Origin: Myxococcota bacterium
Lineage (GTDB): Bacteria > Myxococcota_A > Polyangia > Polyangiales > Houyiibacteriaceae
NCBI GenBank assembly: GCA_039814655.1
Contig: JBCCAW010000002.1
Location: forward strand, 1 to 42,768
Length of the DNA stretch: 42,768 nt
Direction of reading: 5' to 3'
The notes under the pieces were generated by a model that searched no databases, had not been told where the DNA came from, and saw only the letters and a list, made by a program, of their open reading frames with translations. Position numbers and translations under genes: made by a program. Numbering within the stretch: position 1 is the stretch's first letter; each line of letters opens with the position of its first letter. Of this stretch, positions 1 through 8,555 are shown piece after piece.

Positions 1-5
1 AGTCC

Positions 6-1175
6 ATGGAGGAACGCGAGGACGTGGTGATCGTGGGAGGCGGCCTCGGCGGCCTGTCCCTGGCCATGCGCCTCGCGGAGACCGGACGGCGCCGCGTACG
101 CGTGCTCGAGCGGCGCCAGGCCTACTCCGAAGACCGCACCTTCAGCGCCTTCCACACCGGCGAGGACCACCTCTTCGCCCGCTGCGTCGCGCATCGCTGG
201 GAGCGCTGGCGCGTCGTCGACGGCGCGCGGCAGGTGGAGCGGCACGCCCCGGCGCGCGCCTACGAGACCCTCTTCGGCATGGCGGTCTACGACACGGCCC
301 AGGCCGCCCTCGCGGCGAGCCCGCGGGCCACGCTCGAGCTCGGCGTGAGCGTGCAGGCGCTCGTGCCGCGGAGCGAGGGCACGGACGTCGTGCTCGCCGA
401 CGGGCGCACGCTCTCGGCCCGGGACGTCATCGACGCGCGCCCCGCGAAGCTGCAAGAGACGCCGGAGACGCCGCGCTTCTGGCAGCATTTCGAAGGCTGG
501 TTCGTAGAGACCGAGCGGCCGGCCTTCGAGCCCGGCGTGGCCACGCTGATGGACTTCCGCCCCTGCCGGGATGGCATCCACTTCGTCTACGTGCTGCCGT
601 TCTCCGAGCATGAGGCGCTCGTGGAGGACACCTATTTCGACCAGCGCCGAAGCGGCAACTACGCACCGACGCTCGAGGCCGAGCTGGCCGGCGTCGGCCC
701 CTACCGGGTGACGCGAACGGAGACGGGCTGCCTGCCCATGAGCACCGGTCGCCCCGCCGCCAGCCCGGGCCAGGTGGCGCGCCTAGGCCTCGGCGGCGCC
801 GCCACGAAGCCGTCGACGGGCTACGCCTTCATGTTCACCCAGCGCCAGGCCACGGCCATGGCCCGGGCCCTCGACGCCGGCGAACGGCCCCGCACGCAGC
901 CGCCGCGCTCGGCCTGGACGACGAGCCTCGACGACGTCTTCCTCAGCTATCTCCGGCGTCACCCGGAGCGAGGCCCGGCGCTTTTCCTGCGCATGTTCGA
1001 GCGCAACTCCGCCGACGTGGTGGCCCGCTTTCTCATGGAGCGGACCACGCGCGCCGAGGACGTGGCGCTGATGTTGACCATGCCCATCCCCAAGCTCGGG
1101 GCCGAATCGGCGCGCGCGCCGCTGCGCTGGGCCCGCGACGCCGGGCGGCGGGCCCTGTCGCGCGTGACGCCCTGA
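6..1175 (+). CDS. Lycopene cyclase family (CrtY/CrtL-type) FAD-dependent protein
   Basis: 389-aa ORF with ATG at 6. N-terminal dinucleotide-binding motif DVVIVGGGLGGLSLA. HFVYVLPFSEHEALVEDTYF and LGLGGAATKPSTGYAF resemble conserved lycopene beta-cyclase signatures (FxYxLP..E.T and P.TGY). Confidence 0.65.
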   Translation: MEEREDVVIVGGGLGGLSLAMRLAETGRRRVRVLERRQAYSEDRTFSAFHTGEDHLFARCVAHRWERWRVVDGARQVERHAPARAYETLFGMAVYDTAQAALAASPRATLELGVSVQALVPRSEGTDVVLADGRTLSARDVIDARPAKLQETPETPRFWQHFEGWFVETERPAFEPGVATLMDFRPCRDGIHFVYVLPFSEHEALVEDTYFDQRRSGNYAPTLEAELAGVGPYRVTRTETGCLPMSTGRPAASPGQVARLGLGGAATKPSTGYAFMFTQRQATAMARALDAGERPRTQPPRSAWTTSLDDVFLSYLRRHPERGPALFLRMFERNSADVVARFLMERTTRAEDVALMLTMPIPKLGAESARAPLRWARDAGRRALSRVTP

Positions 1176-1236
1176 CACGACTCACTCGCAGCGACTGGCC
1201 ATCAACCCTCCCCTTTTGAAGACGTTTGGCGCCCGC

Positions 1237-2247
1237 ATGGAAGCGGGGCTGGGTGCGATCGTGGACCGCGGGCTGAGCGGCCTGGGCCGCGTGGCCGGCG
1301 ACGAGGACGGGCTCATGCCCCTCGGGCGTTCGCTCCCGCCGGTGGACGGCCCCGCCGAAGCCGCACGGCCCGACTGGGTCCAGGCGGACCCGGAACGCAT
1401 CGACCGGGCGCTGAAGCGCGCCCTCGGACGCGAAGGCGGGGGCTGGTGCGTGGTCGACGCCAGCCGAACGATCGGTGAGCAGCCGCAGCGCTACGTGCTC
1501 GACGGCAAGAGCTGGGTGTGCTGGCGCGACGACGATGGGCACCCGCACCTCGCCCCCAACAGCTGCCCGCATATGGGCGCGGAGCTCCACTGCGCGAAGG
1601 TGGAGCGCGGCGAGCTCGTCTGCCCCTGGCACGGCCTCAAGCTGGGCAAGAAGGGCCGCGGGAGCTGGCAGCCCGTGCCCTGCCACGACGACGGCGTGCT
1701 CGTGTGGGCACGCATCCTGGGCCACGAGACGCCCACGAATGCGCCGCTGCTCTCGCCGCGCCCGTCGCCCTTCCTCGAGGGAACGATTCGCATGACCGGC
1801 CGCTGCGAAGCGCAGGACATCGTCGCGAACCGCCTCGACCCCTGGCACGGCGTTCACTACCACCCGCACTCCTTCGCGCGGCTCCGGCTCCTCGAGGCCA
1901 CGGATGACGTGCTGACCGTGCGCGTGGCCTACAAGGTCGTCGGGCCGGTCTGCGTCGAGGTCGACTGCACCTTTCACAGCCCGCAGCGCCGGGCCATCGT
2001 GATGACCATCGTGCGCGGCGACGGCGCCGGAAGCGTCGTGGAGACCCACGCCACGCCGGTGCGGCCCGGCGAGACGGCGATGGTCGAGGCCACGCTGGCC
2101 AGCTCGGACCGCGAGGGCTTCCACCACGCCCTACGCATCGAGCGCATGGTGCGCCCCTTCGTCGAGAAGCGCGCCAAGCGCCTCTGGCAGGAAGACCTCG
2201 AGTACGCCGAGCGCCGCTACGCGCTCCGCCAGGGCGAAGCGAGCTGA
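1237..2247 (+). CDS. Rieske [2Fe-2S] domain protein with long C-terminal extension
   Basis: The track ORF starts at TTG 1216; the first ATG is at 1237. CPHMGAELHCAKVERGELVCPWHG matches the CxH-x16-CxxH Rieske ligand pattern. Lies directly downstream of the cyclase-family gene on the same strand. Confidence 0.75.
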   Translation: MEAGLGAIVDRGLSGLGRVAGDEDGLMPLGRSLPPVDGPAEAARPDWVQADPERIDRALKRALGREGGGWCVVDASRTIGEQPQRYVLDGKSWVCWRDDDGHPHLAPNSCPHMGAELHCAKVERGELVCPWHGLKLGKKGRGSWQPVPCHDDGVLVWARILGHETPTNAPLLSPRPSPFLEGTIRMTGRCEAQDIVANRLDPWHGVHYHPHSFARLRLLEATDDVLTVRVAYKVVGPVCVEVDCTFHSPQRRAIVMTIVRGDGAGSVVETHATPVRPGETAMVEATLASSDREGFHHALRIERMVRPFVEKRAKRLWQEDLEYAERRYALRQGEAS

Positions 2248-2363
2248 GCGCTCGCGGCCGTCGGAACCGCTTCGCTTCGACGGGGGCCGGTCCATGGACC
2301 GTTGCGCCCGCCGTATGAGGAGGGCGGGCGTCCCGGTCTCACGCTGGGCGAACCCTGCCGCGC

Positions 2364-2783
2364 ATGAAACACCAGGAGACGAAGACACGGGTGCTACTGG
2401 ACGAGAGCGTCCTGCCCGTGCTGCTCGTGACCTATCCGGAAGACGGGGACGAAGAGGACCTCACGGCGCTCTTTGCAGCCTACCGGCGAATCGCCGCCGC
2501 CCATCCGCGCGTGGCCTACCTGGTCGACATGCGACGGCTGAACCCGCGGGAGCAAACGGCCGCGAAACGCCGGCACGCCGGCAGGCTCTACGCCGAGCAC
2601 GCGGACGCGCTCGCGGTGAGCGCGGTCTGCGAGGCGCGGCTGGTGAGCAACTCGCTCGTTCGCGGCATCGTGGTCGCCTTCGACTGGATCAAGGGCGACC
2701 AACGCTGGCCCTGCCGTACCTTCACGGACCCGGAGGCGGCGCGCGCATGGATCGACGAGCAGCTCGCGGCCGCCGCCGCGTGA
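2364..2783 (+). CDS. Hypothetical cytoplasmic protein (139 aa)
   Basis: ATG-initiated ORF with normal, non-Arg/Pro-biased composition and no signal peptide. No motif recognised. Confidence 0.45.
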   Translation: MKHQETKTRVLLDESVLPVLLVTYPEDGDEEDLTALFAAYRRIAAAHPRVAYLVDMRRLNPREQTAAKRRHAGRLYAEHADALAVSAVCEARLVSNSLVRGIVVAFDWIKGDQRWPCRTFTDPEAARAWIDEQLAAAAA

Positions 2784-2895
2784 CGCCGCAAAAGGCCGAG
2801 CCCCACCTTCCCGCCAACGGCGCAGCGCCTCGGCCGCCGCGGCGCAACGAATGCCTGCCGGTCCGCGCGACCGCAGAGGTCCACGCGGGGGCGGC

Positions 2896-3579
2896 TCAGC
2901 CGCCGATGGCGCGCCAGCCGAGCTCGACGCGGAGCGCCGGGGCGAAGCCGTAGGTCTCGAGCGTGTCCTCGAGGAACGCCTCGGCCTCGTCGCGGAGGTC
3001 CTGGCGGTCGATGTCGGCGGTCGCCGTCGCACCCAGCGTGTGCACCCACTCGAGAGCCACGCGAAGCACGACGTGCCGGCCCAGCACGAAGCGACCGCCA
3101 AAGGACACGTGCGCGGCGTGCAGCGTGGCAGAGACCGGAACCGGGTCCGCCCCGAGGCCCGCGGCCTGCGCCACCACGTCCTCGGTGGCGACGCGGCCGG
3201 ACGCGGTGAGGCGCGTGTAGCCCACCATCAGCTCCGCCCGCTTGCCGAGGCGAAAGCCGGTCCCGAGGCGGAGCACGAAGGTGCGGTCGATGGCGTCCTC
3301 GACGCGCTCCGCGTCGCTCTCACCGTAGGCGCCGACGCCGACGAGCGCGCGGTTGATCGCGCCCAGGTAGGCCCGCGGCATGGTGCCCGCGCGGACGTCC
3401 AGGAGCAGCCGCCCCGGCGTCTCGAGCAGCACGCCCCCGCCCGCCGCCAGGGGAAAGGAGGTGCTGGCCGTGAGATCGAGAGCCCACCGCGAGGGCGCCT
3501 CGGCCGCGCGCTGGGCCAGCGCGCGCCCGGGGAGAAGGCCGAACACGACCAGAGCGAGGGCGAGCAATCGGTGGGTCAT
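2896..3579 (-). CDS. Secreted protein, possible small outer-membrane beta-barrel
   Basis: Signal peptide MTHRLLALALVVFGLLPGRALAQ (ATG 3579; alternative GTG 3585). Alternating hydrophobic/polar, Gly- and aromatic-rich strands (GYTRLTASGRV, HVSFGGRFVLG, VELGWRAIGG). Confidence 0.5.
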   Translation of the reverse strand: MTHRLLALALVVFGLLPGRALAQRAAEAPSRWALDLTASTSFPLAAGGGVLLETPGRLLLDVRAGTMPRAYLGAINRALVGVGAYGESDAERVEDAIDRTFVLRLGTGFRLGKRAELMVGYTRLTASGRVATEDVVAQAAGLGADPVPVSATLHAAHVSFGGRFVLGRHVVLRVALEWVHTLGATATADIDRQDLRDEAEAFLEDTLETYGFAPALRVELGWRAIGG

Positions 3580-3753
3580 GCCCACCCATACGTCCGCAAC
3601 GGAAATTTATTAGCTGACGGTACTAGCCGCCATCGAGAAACGCCTCGCCGGAGCATGCGAGAGGTAGGTGATCCACGGGGCCTCTCCGTTCAGACGACGG
3701 CGTTACGGCCCTGGAACCTCAGGGCGCGCGGGGCTTCGGCGAGGGTCGAGCCC

Positions 3754-5346
3754 TCAGGGGACGCGGTTGCGCGGGTCGCGAAGACCGCGCGGAACCAGCA
3801 CCGGCGCCGCGAAGGCGTCCTGGATCCGCGGGCTCCCCGTGACGATGCTCGAGAGCGCCTCGCCGCGCTGGCGGCGCGCCACGAAGCCGCGCGTGACCAG
3901 GTAGCCGCCCTCGCCTTGCTCGTCCGCATAGAAGCGGAGCCCCAGGGGGTCGCCCTGCACCTCGATGATCCACTCCCGCGGTGACCGGGCCGTGAGCGCC
4001 GCCGCGTAAGGAACCATGGCGTCGTCGAGGACGGGAATGGCGACGGCAAGACCGGCCGCCGTTCGCGTGAACTCCACGGATCCGACGCTGAAGGCGTCGA
4101 GGTAGCGCCCGGCGAGGGCGTCGGTCACGGCGTCGACGGGAGCCAATGCCGGCGGTGCGTCGCCGGGCGCCGGTAGGTCCGCCAGCGCCTCGAGCGCCGC
4201 CGCGGCGGTCGCCCGGAAATCGTCGCCGAGGCCGTTGCTCAAGATGGCGACGGCCACGCGCTGCGCGGGCAGCACGTACCAGGTCGACGTGTGCGTGAGC
4301 GTGTTGCCCCCGTGGCTCCACACCGCGACATCCGGGTAAAAGCCGCTCGGGAGCGTGAGCCCCCGGTCGACGACGACGCCGTAGCCGTAGCTCGTCCGGT
4401 CCGTGTCCGGGCTGGCGGCCACATGGGGCGTCGTGATGGCCTCGCGGCGCGCGTCGGAGAGCACCGCCGGGTCGCCGTCGACGAGGAAGGCTGCGAGGCG
4501 CATCTGGTCGCTCGGCGTCGACCACACGAGGCCCGCCGGACGGATCCAGGCGTCCTCCCAGGTCGCCTCGAGCTGCACGGGCCCGATGGCGCCCACGGCT
4601 CGTACCGTGCCCACGCCCGAGGCGTGGTTAGCGTCCACGTCCGCTCGCCGGGCCACGCTCCGCGTCATGCCGAGCGGCGCGAAGAGGTCATCTTCCACTC
4701 CGTCCGCCCAGGGCACCTCACTCGCGCGCTCGGCGAGCCAGCCCGCGAGGGCGAAGTTCGGGTTGCTGTAGTTCCAGAAGAGCCCCGGCGGGTTCATGGC
4801 GAAGAGCGCCGCGCCGAGGTCCTCCACCGTGACGCGCTCGAGCTCCCCGTCCGTGGTGCTCGCGGGGAAGGTGCCCGTGTAGTCGACGAGGCCGCTCTGC
4901 ATGGTGAGCAGCTGGTGCGGCGTGACCTCGAGAGCGAGTTCGGCCTCGGGCAGCCTCAGCTCCGGGGCGAGCTCCCGGAGCGGCGCCTCGAGGTCGAGGC
5001 CGGTGGCCTCGGCGCGCTGAAGCAGGTGCGCGGCGGTGATCTTCTTCGTGTCCGAGCCGATCATGAAGAGCGTGTCTTCGTCCGGCGCTCGTCCCTCGAG
5101 GCTCACGGTCGTCCCGAGGCCGAAGAGGTGCTCGACCTGGTCGTCGCGCCAGACGGCGACGGACACGCAGCTCGCCAGGTTGCGGCGAAGGTCCGCCTCC
5201 GCGGCGGCGACGATGGGCCGAATCTCCGGCGCGTGGGCCGAGCCGGCGTCGCTGCCTCCATCGAGGCTGCCGAGGTCCAGCACGGTGGCCGCGTCATCCC
5301 CGCAGGCCGCGAGGAGGACGCCGAGGAGCGTGAGCTTCAGCCGCAT
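3754..5346 (-). CDS. Lipoprotein serine hydrolase, beta-lactamase / DD-peptidase (class C-like) family
   Basis: Lipobox LLAAC in MRLKLTLLGVLLAACGDD. SxxK motif in IGSDTKKIT, YxN in WNYSNPNF, and an HGG motif (WSHGGNT) in the KTG/HxG position. Confidence 0.8.
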   Translation of the reverse strand: MRLKLTLLGVLLAACGDDAATVLDLGSLDGGSDAGSAHAPEIRPIVAAAEADLRRNLASCVSVAVWRDDQVEHLFGLGTTVSLEGRAPDEDTLFMIGSDTKKITAAHLLQRAEATGLDLEAPLRELAPELRLPEAELALEVTPHQLLTMQSGLVDYTGTFPASTTDGELERVTVEDLGAALFAMNPPGLFWNYSNPNFALAGWLAERASEVPWADGVEDDLFAPLGMTRSVARRADVDANHASGVGTVRAVGAIGPVQLEATWEDAWIRPAGLVWSTPSDQMRLAAFLVDGDPAVLSDARREAITTPHVAASPDTDRTSYGYGVVVDRGLTLPSGFYPDVAVWSHGGNTLTHTSTWYVLPAQRVAVAILSNGLGDDFRATAAAALEALADLPAPGDAPPALAPVDAVTDALAGRYLDAFSVGSVEFTRTAAGLAVAIPVLDDAMVPYAAALTARSPREWIIEVQGDPLGLRFYADEQGEGGYLVTRGFVARRQRGEALSSIVTGSPRIQDAFAAPVLVPRGLRDPRNRVP

Positions 5347-5352
5347 GCGAGC

Positions 5353-5358
5353 ACTATG
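5353..5358 (-). promoter_or_regulatory. -10-like hexamer CATAGT, 6 nt upstream of the ATG at 5346 (candidate leaderless promoter)
   Basis: The minus strand reads CCATAGT-GCTCGC-ATG with no Shine-Dalgarno sequence. The same CATAGTG box recurs at 25456 and 41489. Confidence 0.35.
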
Positions 5359-5397
5359 GCGGGGCTTTTTCGCCCTCGCTACGTGCGGCGCCGCGCA

Positions 5398-6138
5398 TCA
5401 GCGGCAGGGGTGGGCGTCGGCGCCCCGGGCCGCGAACTCCTCCGCCGAGAAGCTCGCGCGTCTCGGCCGGGTGGCGTTGGCCTCGAGAAAGTCGACGCGC
5501 CCCGCGTGAACGCGCATGCGCCAGCTGTGCATCGCGCGCGGCTGGGCCTCGAGCGCGTCGCTGGCGAGCACGGCGAGGTTCGCGCCCCCGTCCGGGCAGC
5601 GCAGCGACCGAAAGCGGATCACCTCGACGCCAAGCTCCCGGGCACGCCGGCCGATGCGCTGTGCCGTCGCGTAGTCGCCGGGACGCTCGAGTGCGTCGCG
5701 CAGCGGGTCGAAGAACGACGCGGTCGTATCGAGCGCCGCCTCCGTCGCGTAGACGAAGACGAAGGAGGTCTTGTCGACGACCGGCATGGCGAAGCCCTCC
5801 GCATGGCTCCCGAAGAGCAGGGCGTAGAAGGCGGTCTCGGCGAGCGCCGTCTCGAGGCGCTCCGAGCCATAGAAGATGCCGCGCTGGTCTTCGGTGCCGT
5901 AGCGCGATCCATGGCGAAGCGGCGGATAGCGAAAGGGCGTCGAGAGCAGGTAGTGGCGATGCTCCGGCAGACGCCCGGGCTTGGTGCCTTCGAGGAGCTC
6001 CTCGAGCACGCGCTGCTCCTCGAGGTCGTCGACGAGCTCCATGGTCGCGACCTGCGATTGGGACTCGACCACGCGCACCCCCGTTCCCGCGAGCGGCGCC
6101 GGCACGGGGAGCGCCGGCGGAGGCTCGGTCCCGCTCAC
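5398..6138 (-). CDS. RES-domain toxin (NAD+-targeting RES family) of an Xre-RES toxin-antitoxin pair
   Basis: LLSTPFRYPPLRHGSRYGTEDQRGIFYGSERLETALAETAFY is a typical RES-domain core. GTG 6138 overlaps the upstream antitoxin stop as GTGA; an alternative ATG is at 6042. The track ORF extends to 6249 but would then overlap the antitoxin. Confidence 0.8.
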   Translation of the reverse strand: MSGTEPPPALPVPAPLAGTGVRVVESQSQVATMELVDDLEEQRVLEELLEGTKPGRLPEHRHYLLSTPFRYPPLRHGSRYGTEDQRGIFYGSERLETALAETAFYALLFGSHAEGFAMPVVDKTSFVFVYATEAALDTTASFFDPLRDALERPGDYATAQRIGRRARELGVEVIRFRSLRCPDGGANLAVLASDALEAQPRAMHSWRMRVHAGRVDFLEANATRPRRASFSAEEFAARGADAHPCR

Positions 6139-6512
6139 GTGCGCGCGCGCATCGCGTCCAGGTAGCGGAGCGTCCCCGTGAGTCCTTCGACCTGCTGCAC
6201 GAGTTCGACGGGCCGCGCGCCGAGGTAGGCATTGTCCGTGGCCATCCAACGCCGAGGCCCATCGCCGGAGCCGACGATCCCGACGAGCGACCGGTAGACC
6301 CGAATCAAGAGCAGCGCGAGCTCGCGGGCTTTGGCCCGCGCGAGGGGTCGCTCGTCGAGGCGCGACACGGTCGACGGGGACACGCCGAGCACCCGCGCCA
6401 GCTCGGCGTCGTTCAAGCCCAGCCGCTTGGCCGCGCGGCGCACGGCCTTCGTGACCACTTCGGCCTCGTCGGGACCCGGCACCTCGGCGCGCTGCACGAC
6501 GCGTGATGTCAT
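6135..6512 (-). CDS. Xre-like antitoxin (MbcA/ParS, DUF2384-type) partner of the RES toxin
   Basis: 125 aa. HTH-like AKRLGLNDAELARVLGVSPSTVSRL, then C-terminal WMATDNAYLGARPVELVQQVEGLTGTLRYLD typical of DUF2384 antitoxins. Lies immediately upstream of and coupled to the RES gene. Confidence 0.8.
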   Translation of the reverse strand: MTSRVVQRAEVPGPDEAEVVTKAVRRAAKRLGLNDAELARVLGVSPSTVSRLDERPLARAKARELALLLIRVYRSLVGIVGSGDGPRRWMATDNAYLGARPVELVQQVEGLTGTLRYLDAMRART

Positions 6513-6518
6513 GGGGTC

Positions 6519-6524
6519 ATGTTA
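6519..6524 (-). promoter_or_regulatory. -10-like hexamer TAACAT, 6 nt upstream of the antitoxin ATG at 6512 (candidate leaderless promoter)
   Basis: The minus strand reads CGTAACAT-GACCCC-ATG. This fits TAnnnT, and no SD is present. Confidence 0.35.
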
Positions 6525-6638
6525 CGGACGGATCCGGTCCTCTGCAATGCAACGGTGCGTCAGTTTCACATGCACGCGCGCGGTAGTCATCCGTCTTGCC
6601 GGGGAAGCGTTCCTCCCCGAGCGTGTTGGCCCGTGCAC

Positions 6639-7688
6639 ATGCTCTGGTTTCGCGCCGTGGCGCTCTTCGCCTGCTCCGTCTTAATCGGCTGTGCCGCCGC
6701 CGGGCCTACGACGCTCGAGGCCGCGCTGGGAGAGCGCGGCGTCGACGTCGCCGCGCTCTTTGCCGCGCCGACGGCGGCCGAGCTCGACGCGGTGCGCGCG
6801 GACTGGGCCGGGCGCGATCTCGCCCCGCGGGACGTCGAGGTGCTTCACGAGGAGACGCTGTCCGACGGCCGCCGGCTGCTCATCGTGGGCCACGGCGTCC
6901 ACGGCGCACGGCACGTCGGCGCCCTGATCGCACCGGCCCGGGACGCGCCCAGCCCGCCCGGAGGCTTTCCCCTGGCGCTTTCGCTCATCGGCTTCGGGCC
7001 GCCCTTCGAGGTCACGGTCACGGACCCGCCGCCGCAGGGAGACGACGCGGCCCCGGTCATCGCCCTGCTCCCGGCCTTCCGCGGCCACACGATGATCCGC
7101 GGCGACCAGCGCTTCGAAGCCGGGGGCGCCCGCTACGACCAGTGCGACGGAGGCAGCGACGACGCGCTCGCCTTCGCCCAGGTGGCCGCCACCCTCGAGC
7201 CGCGCGCGCGTACGGACCGAATCGTGAGCGTCGGCGGAAGCCGCGGCGGCAACGTCTCACTGATCCTCGGCGCCCGGGACCCGCGCGTCGTCGCCGTCGC
7301 CAGCCTCGCCGGACCCACGAGCTATCTGCGTCGCGACTGGCTCGACCATCCGAACCTCCGAACGCTCTACGAGGAGTGGTTCGTGCGCGGCCTGCTCGAA
7401 GGAACGAGCGACCTGGCGGAGGCACGGCGGCGCATGATCGCCTGCTCACCGACCTTGTTCGTCGCCGACCTGCCCCCGACGCAGCTCCACCACGGCACCG
7501 GCGACCTCCAGGTCCCCGTGGACACGGTGGACGCGCTCGAGGTCGCCTGGAACCGCGAGCGAACGGACGCGGACACGTCCCTCGAGGTCTTCCGCTACCC
7601 GGACGAAGGCCACGCCCTCGCCGAGAGCCTCGACCTGATCAACCCGCGCATCAGCGCCTTCCTGGCGCCGCTCCTCACCGGCGACTGA
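6639..7688 (+). CDS. Lipoprotein alpha/beta hydrolase (dienelactone hydrolase / prolyl oligopeptidase-like)
   Basis: Signal plus lipobox MLWFRAVALFACSVLIGC from ATG 6639 (the track ORF starts at 6519). Nucleophile elbow VGGSRGGN, HHGTGDLQVP, and C-terminal EGHAL histidine. Confidence 0.7.
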   Translation: MLWFRAVALFACSVLIGCAAAGPTTLEAALGERGVDVAALFAAPTAAELDAVRADWAGRDLAPRDVEVLHEETLSDGRRLLIVGHGVHGARHVGALIAPARDAPSPPGGFPLALSLIGFGPPFEVTVTDPPPQGDDAAPVIALLPAFRGHTMIRGDQRFEAGGARYDQCDGGSDDALAFAQVAATLEPRARTDRIVSVGGSRGGNVSLILGARDPRVVAVASLAGPTSYLRRDWLDHPNLRTLYEEWFVRGLLEGTSDLAEARRRMIACSPTLFVADLPPTQLHHGTGDLQVPVDTVDALEVAWNRERTDADTSLEVFRYPDEGHALAESLDLINPRISAFLAPLLTGD

Positions 7689-7721
7689 ACGCTTACTTTC
7701 GCGCCTCGGAGATCCGCAGCG

Positions 7722-7727
7722 TAGTGT
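7722..7727 (+). promoter_or_regulatory. -10-like hexamer TAGTGT, 6 nt upstream of the ATG at 7734 (candidate leaderless promoter)
   Basis: Reads GCGTAGTGT-GCGCGC-ATG. This fits TAnnnT, and no SD is present. Confidence 0.3.
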
Positions 7728-7733
7728 GCGCGC

Positions 7734-8486
7734 ATGCAGGGGTGTAAGCGAGTCGCTCTGGTCGTGCTCATGGCCGGCTGCGGGAACGGAGACGGCGGGG
7801 CCCTCGACGGCGGGGCCGCTGGCGACCCCCTCGAGTGTTTCGAGACGCGCGAGGGCATCGCCGTCATCGAAGGCGAGCAGCTCCCCTTCGTGGACGAGTG
7901 GCGCGTAGGCCGCGACGCCGACGCCAGCGGCGGCGCCTACCTCGAGTGGTCCGCGGACTCGCACAACAACGACACCAGCTTCGGTCGCTTCGAGCTCACC
8001 CTGCGCCTCGCGAATGCCGGAACCTACGTGCTCGACATTCACACGCGCATCGGCCGCGGTGACAACCCCACCGAGCACAACGATCTCTGGATGCAGATCG
8101 CCGACGCCGGCGCCTTCTACGGCCGGCGCGACCGGGACGGCGCCGAGAGCCGCGTGCTGCCGCGCCCGCTCTGCATGGATGACGACGCCCTCGCCGCCCA
8201 GGAGGCGGAGGAGGGTGTAGGCGAGGTCCGTTGCCCCGAGGGCTCGAGCCGCGACGGCTACTTCAAGGTGTACTCGAGCGGCGCCCGGGACTGGCGCTGG
8301 TCGGCCCGCACCTCCGACAACGACGCGCACACGCTCGTCGTCCGCGTCGACGCGCCCGGTGATGTGACGCTCCAGCTCGCGGCGCGCGCGGACTTCATGC
8401 AGGTCGACCGCCTCGTCTTTTACGAAGAGGGCGTCGACCGTGACCTCGCGCGAGACCTCACCCGCGCCAGCACGCCCTGCCGCTGA
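7734..8486 (+). CDS. Lipoprotein of unknown function (possible carbohydrate-binding-module-like fold)
   Basis: Lipobox in MQGCKRVALVVLMAGCGNG. The body (IEGEQLPF..GGAYLEWS..FELTLRLANAGTYVLDIHTRIG) looks like a beta-sandwich binding module. No catalytic motif seen. Confidence 0.55.
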   Translation: MQGCKRVALVVLMAGCGNGDGGALDGGAAGDPLECFETREGIAVIEGEQLPFVDEWRVGRDADASGGAYLEWSADSHNNDTSFGRFELTLRLANAGTYVLDIHTRIGRGDNPTEHNDLWMQIADAGAFYGRRDRDGAESRVLPRPLCMDDDALAAQEAEEGVGEVRCPEGSSRDGYFKVYSSGARDWRWSARTSDNDAHTLVVRVDAPGDVTLQLAARADFMQVDRLVFYEEGVDRDLARDLTRASTPCR

Positions 8487-8555
8487 GCCGCGACGCGAGC
8501 CCCGAGTCGCCCCGGGGCATGCCGGGCATCGCGCGGAAGCCACCGCGCCCTGCGT

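Noticed and set aside
4291-6165. 624-aa plus-strand ORF across the serine hydrolase and RES genes
   Set aside because: It is antisense to two genes with clear catalytic or toxin motifs and has a low-complexity Arg/Glu/Gly/Ala translation.
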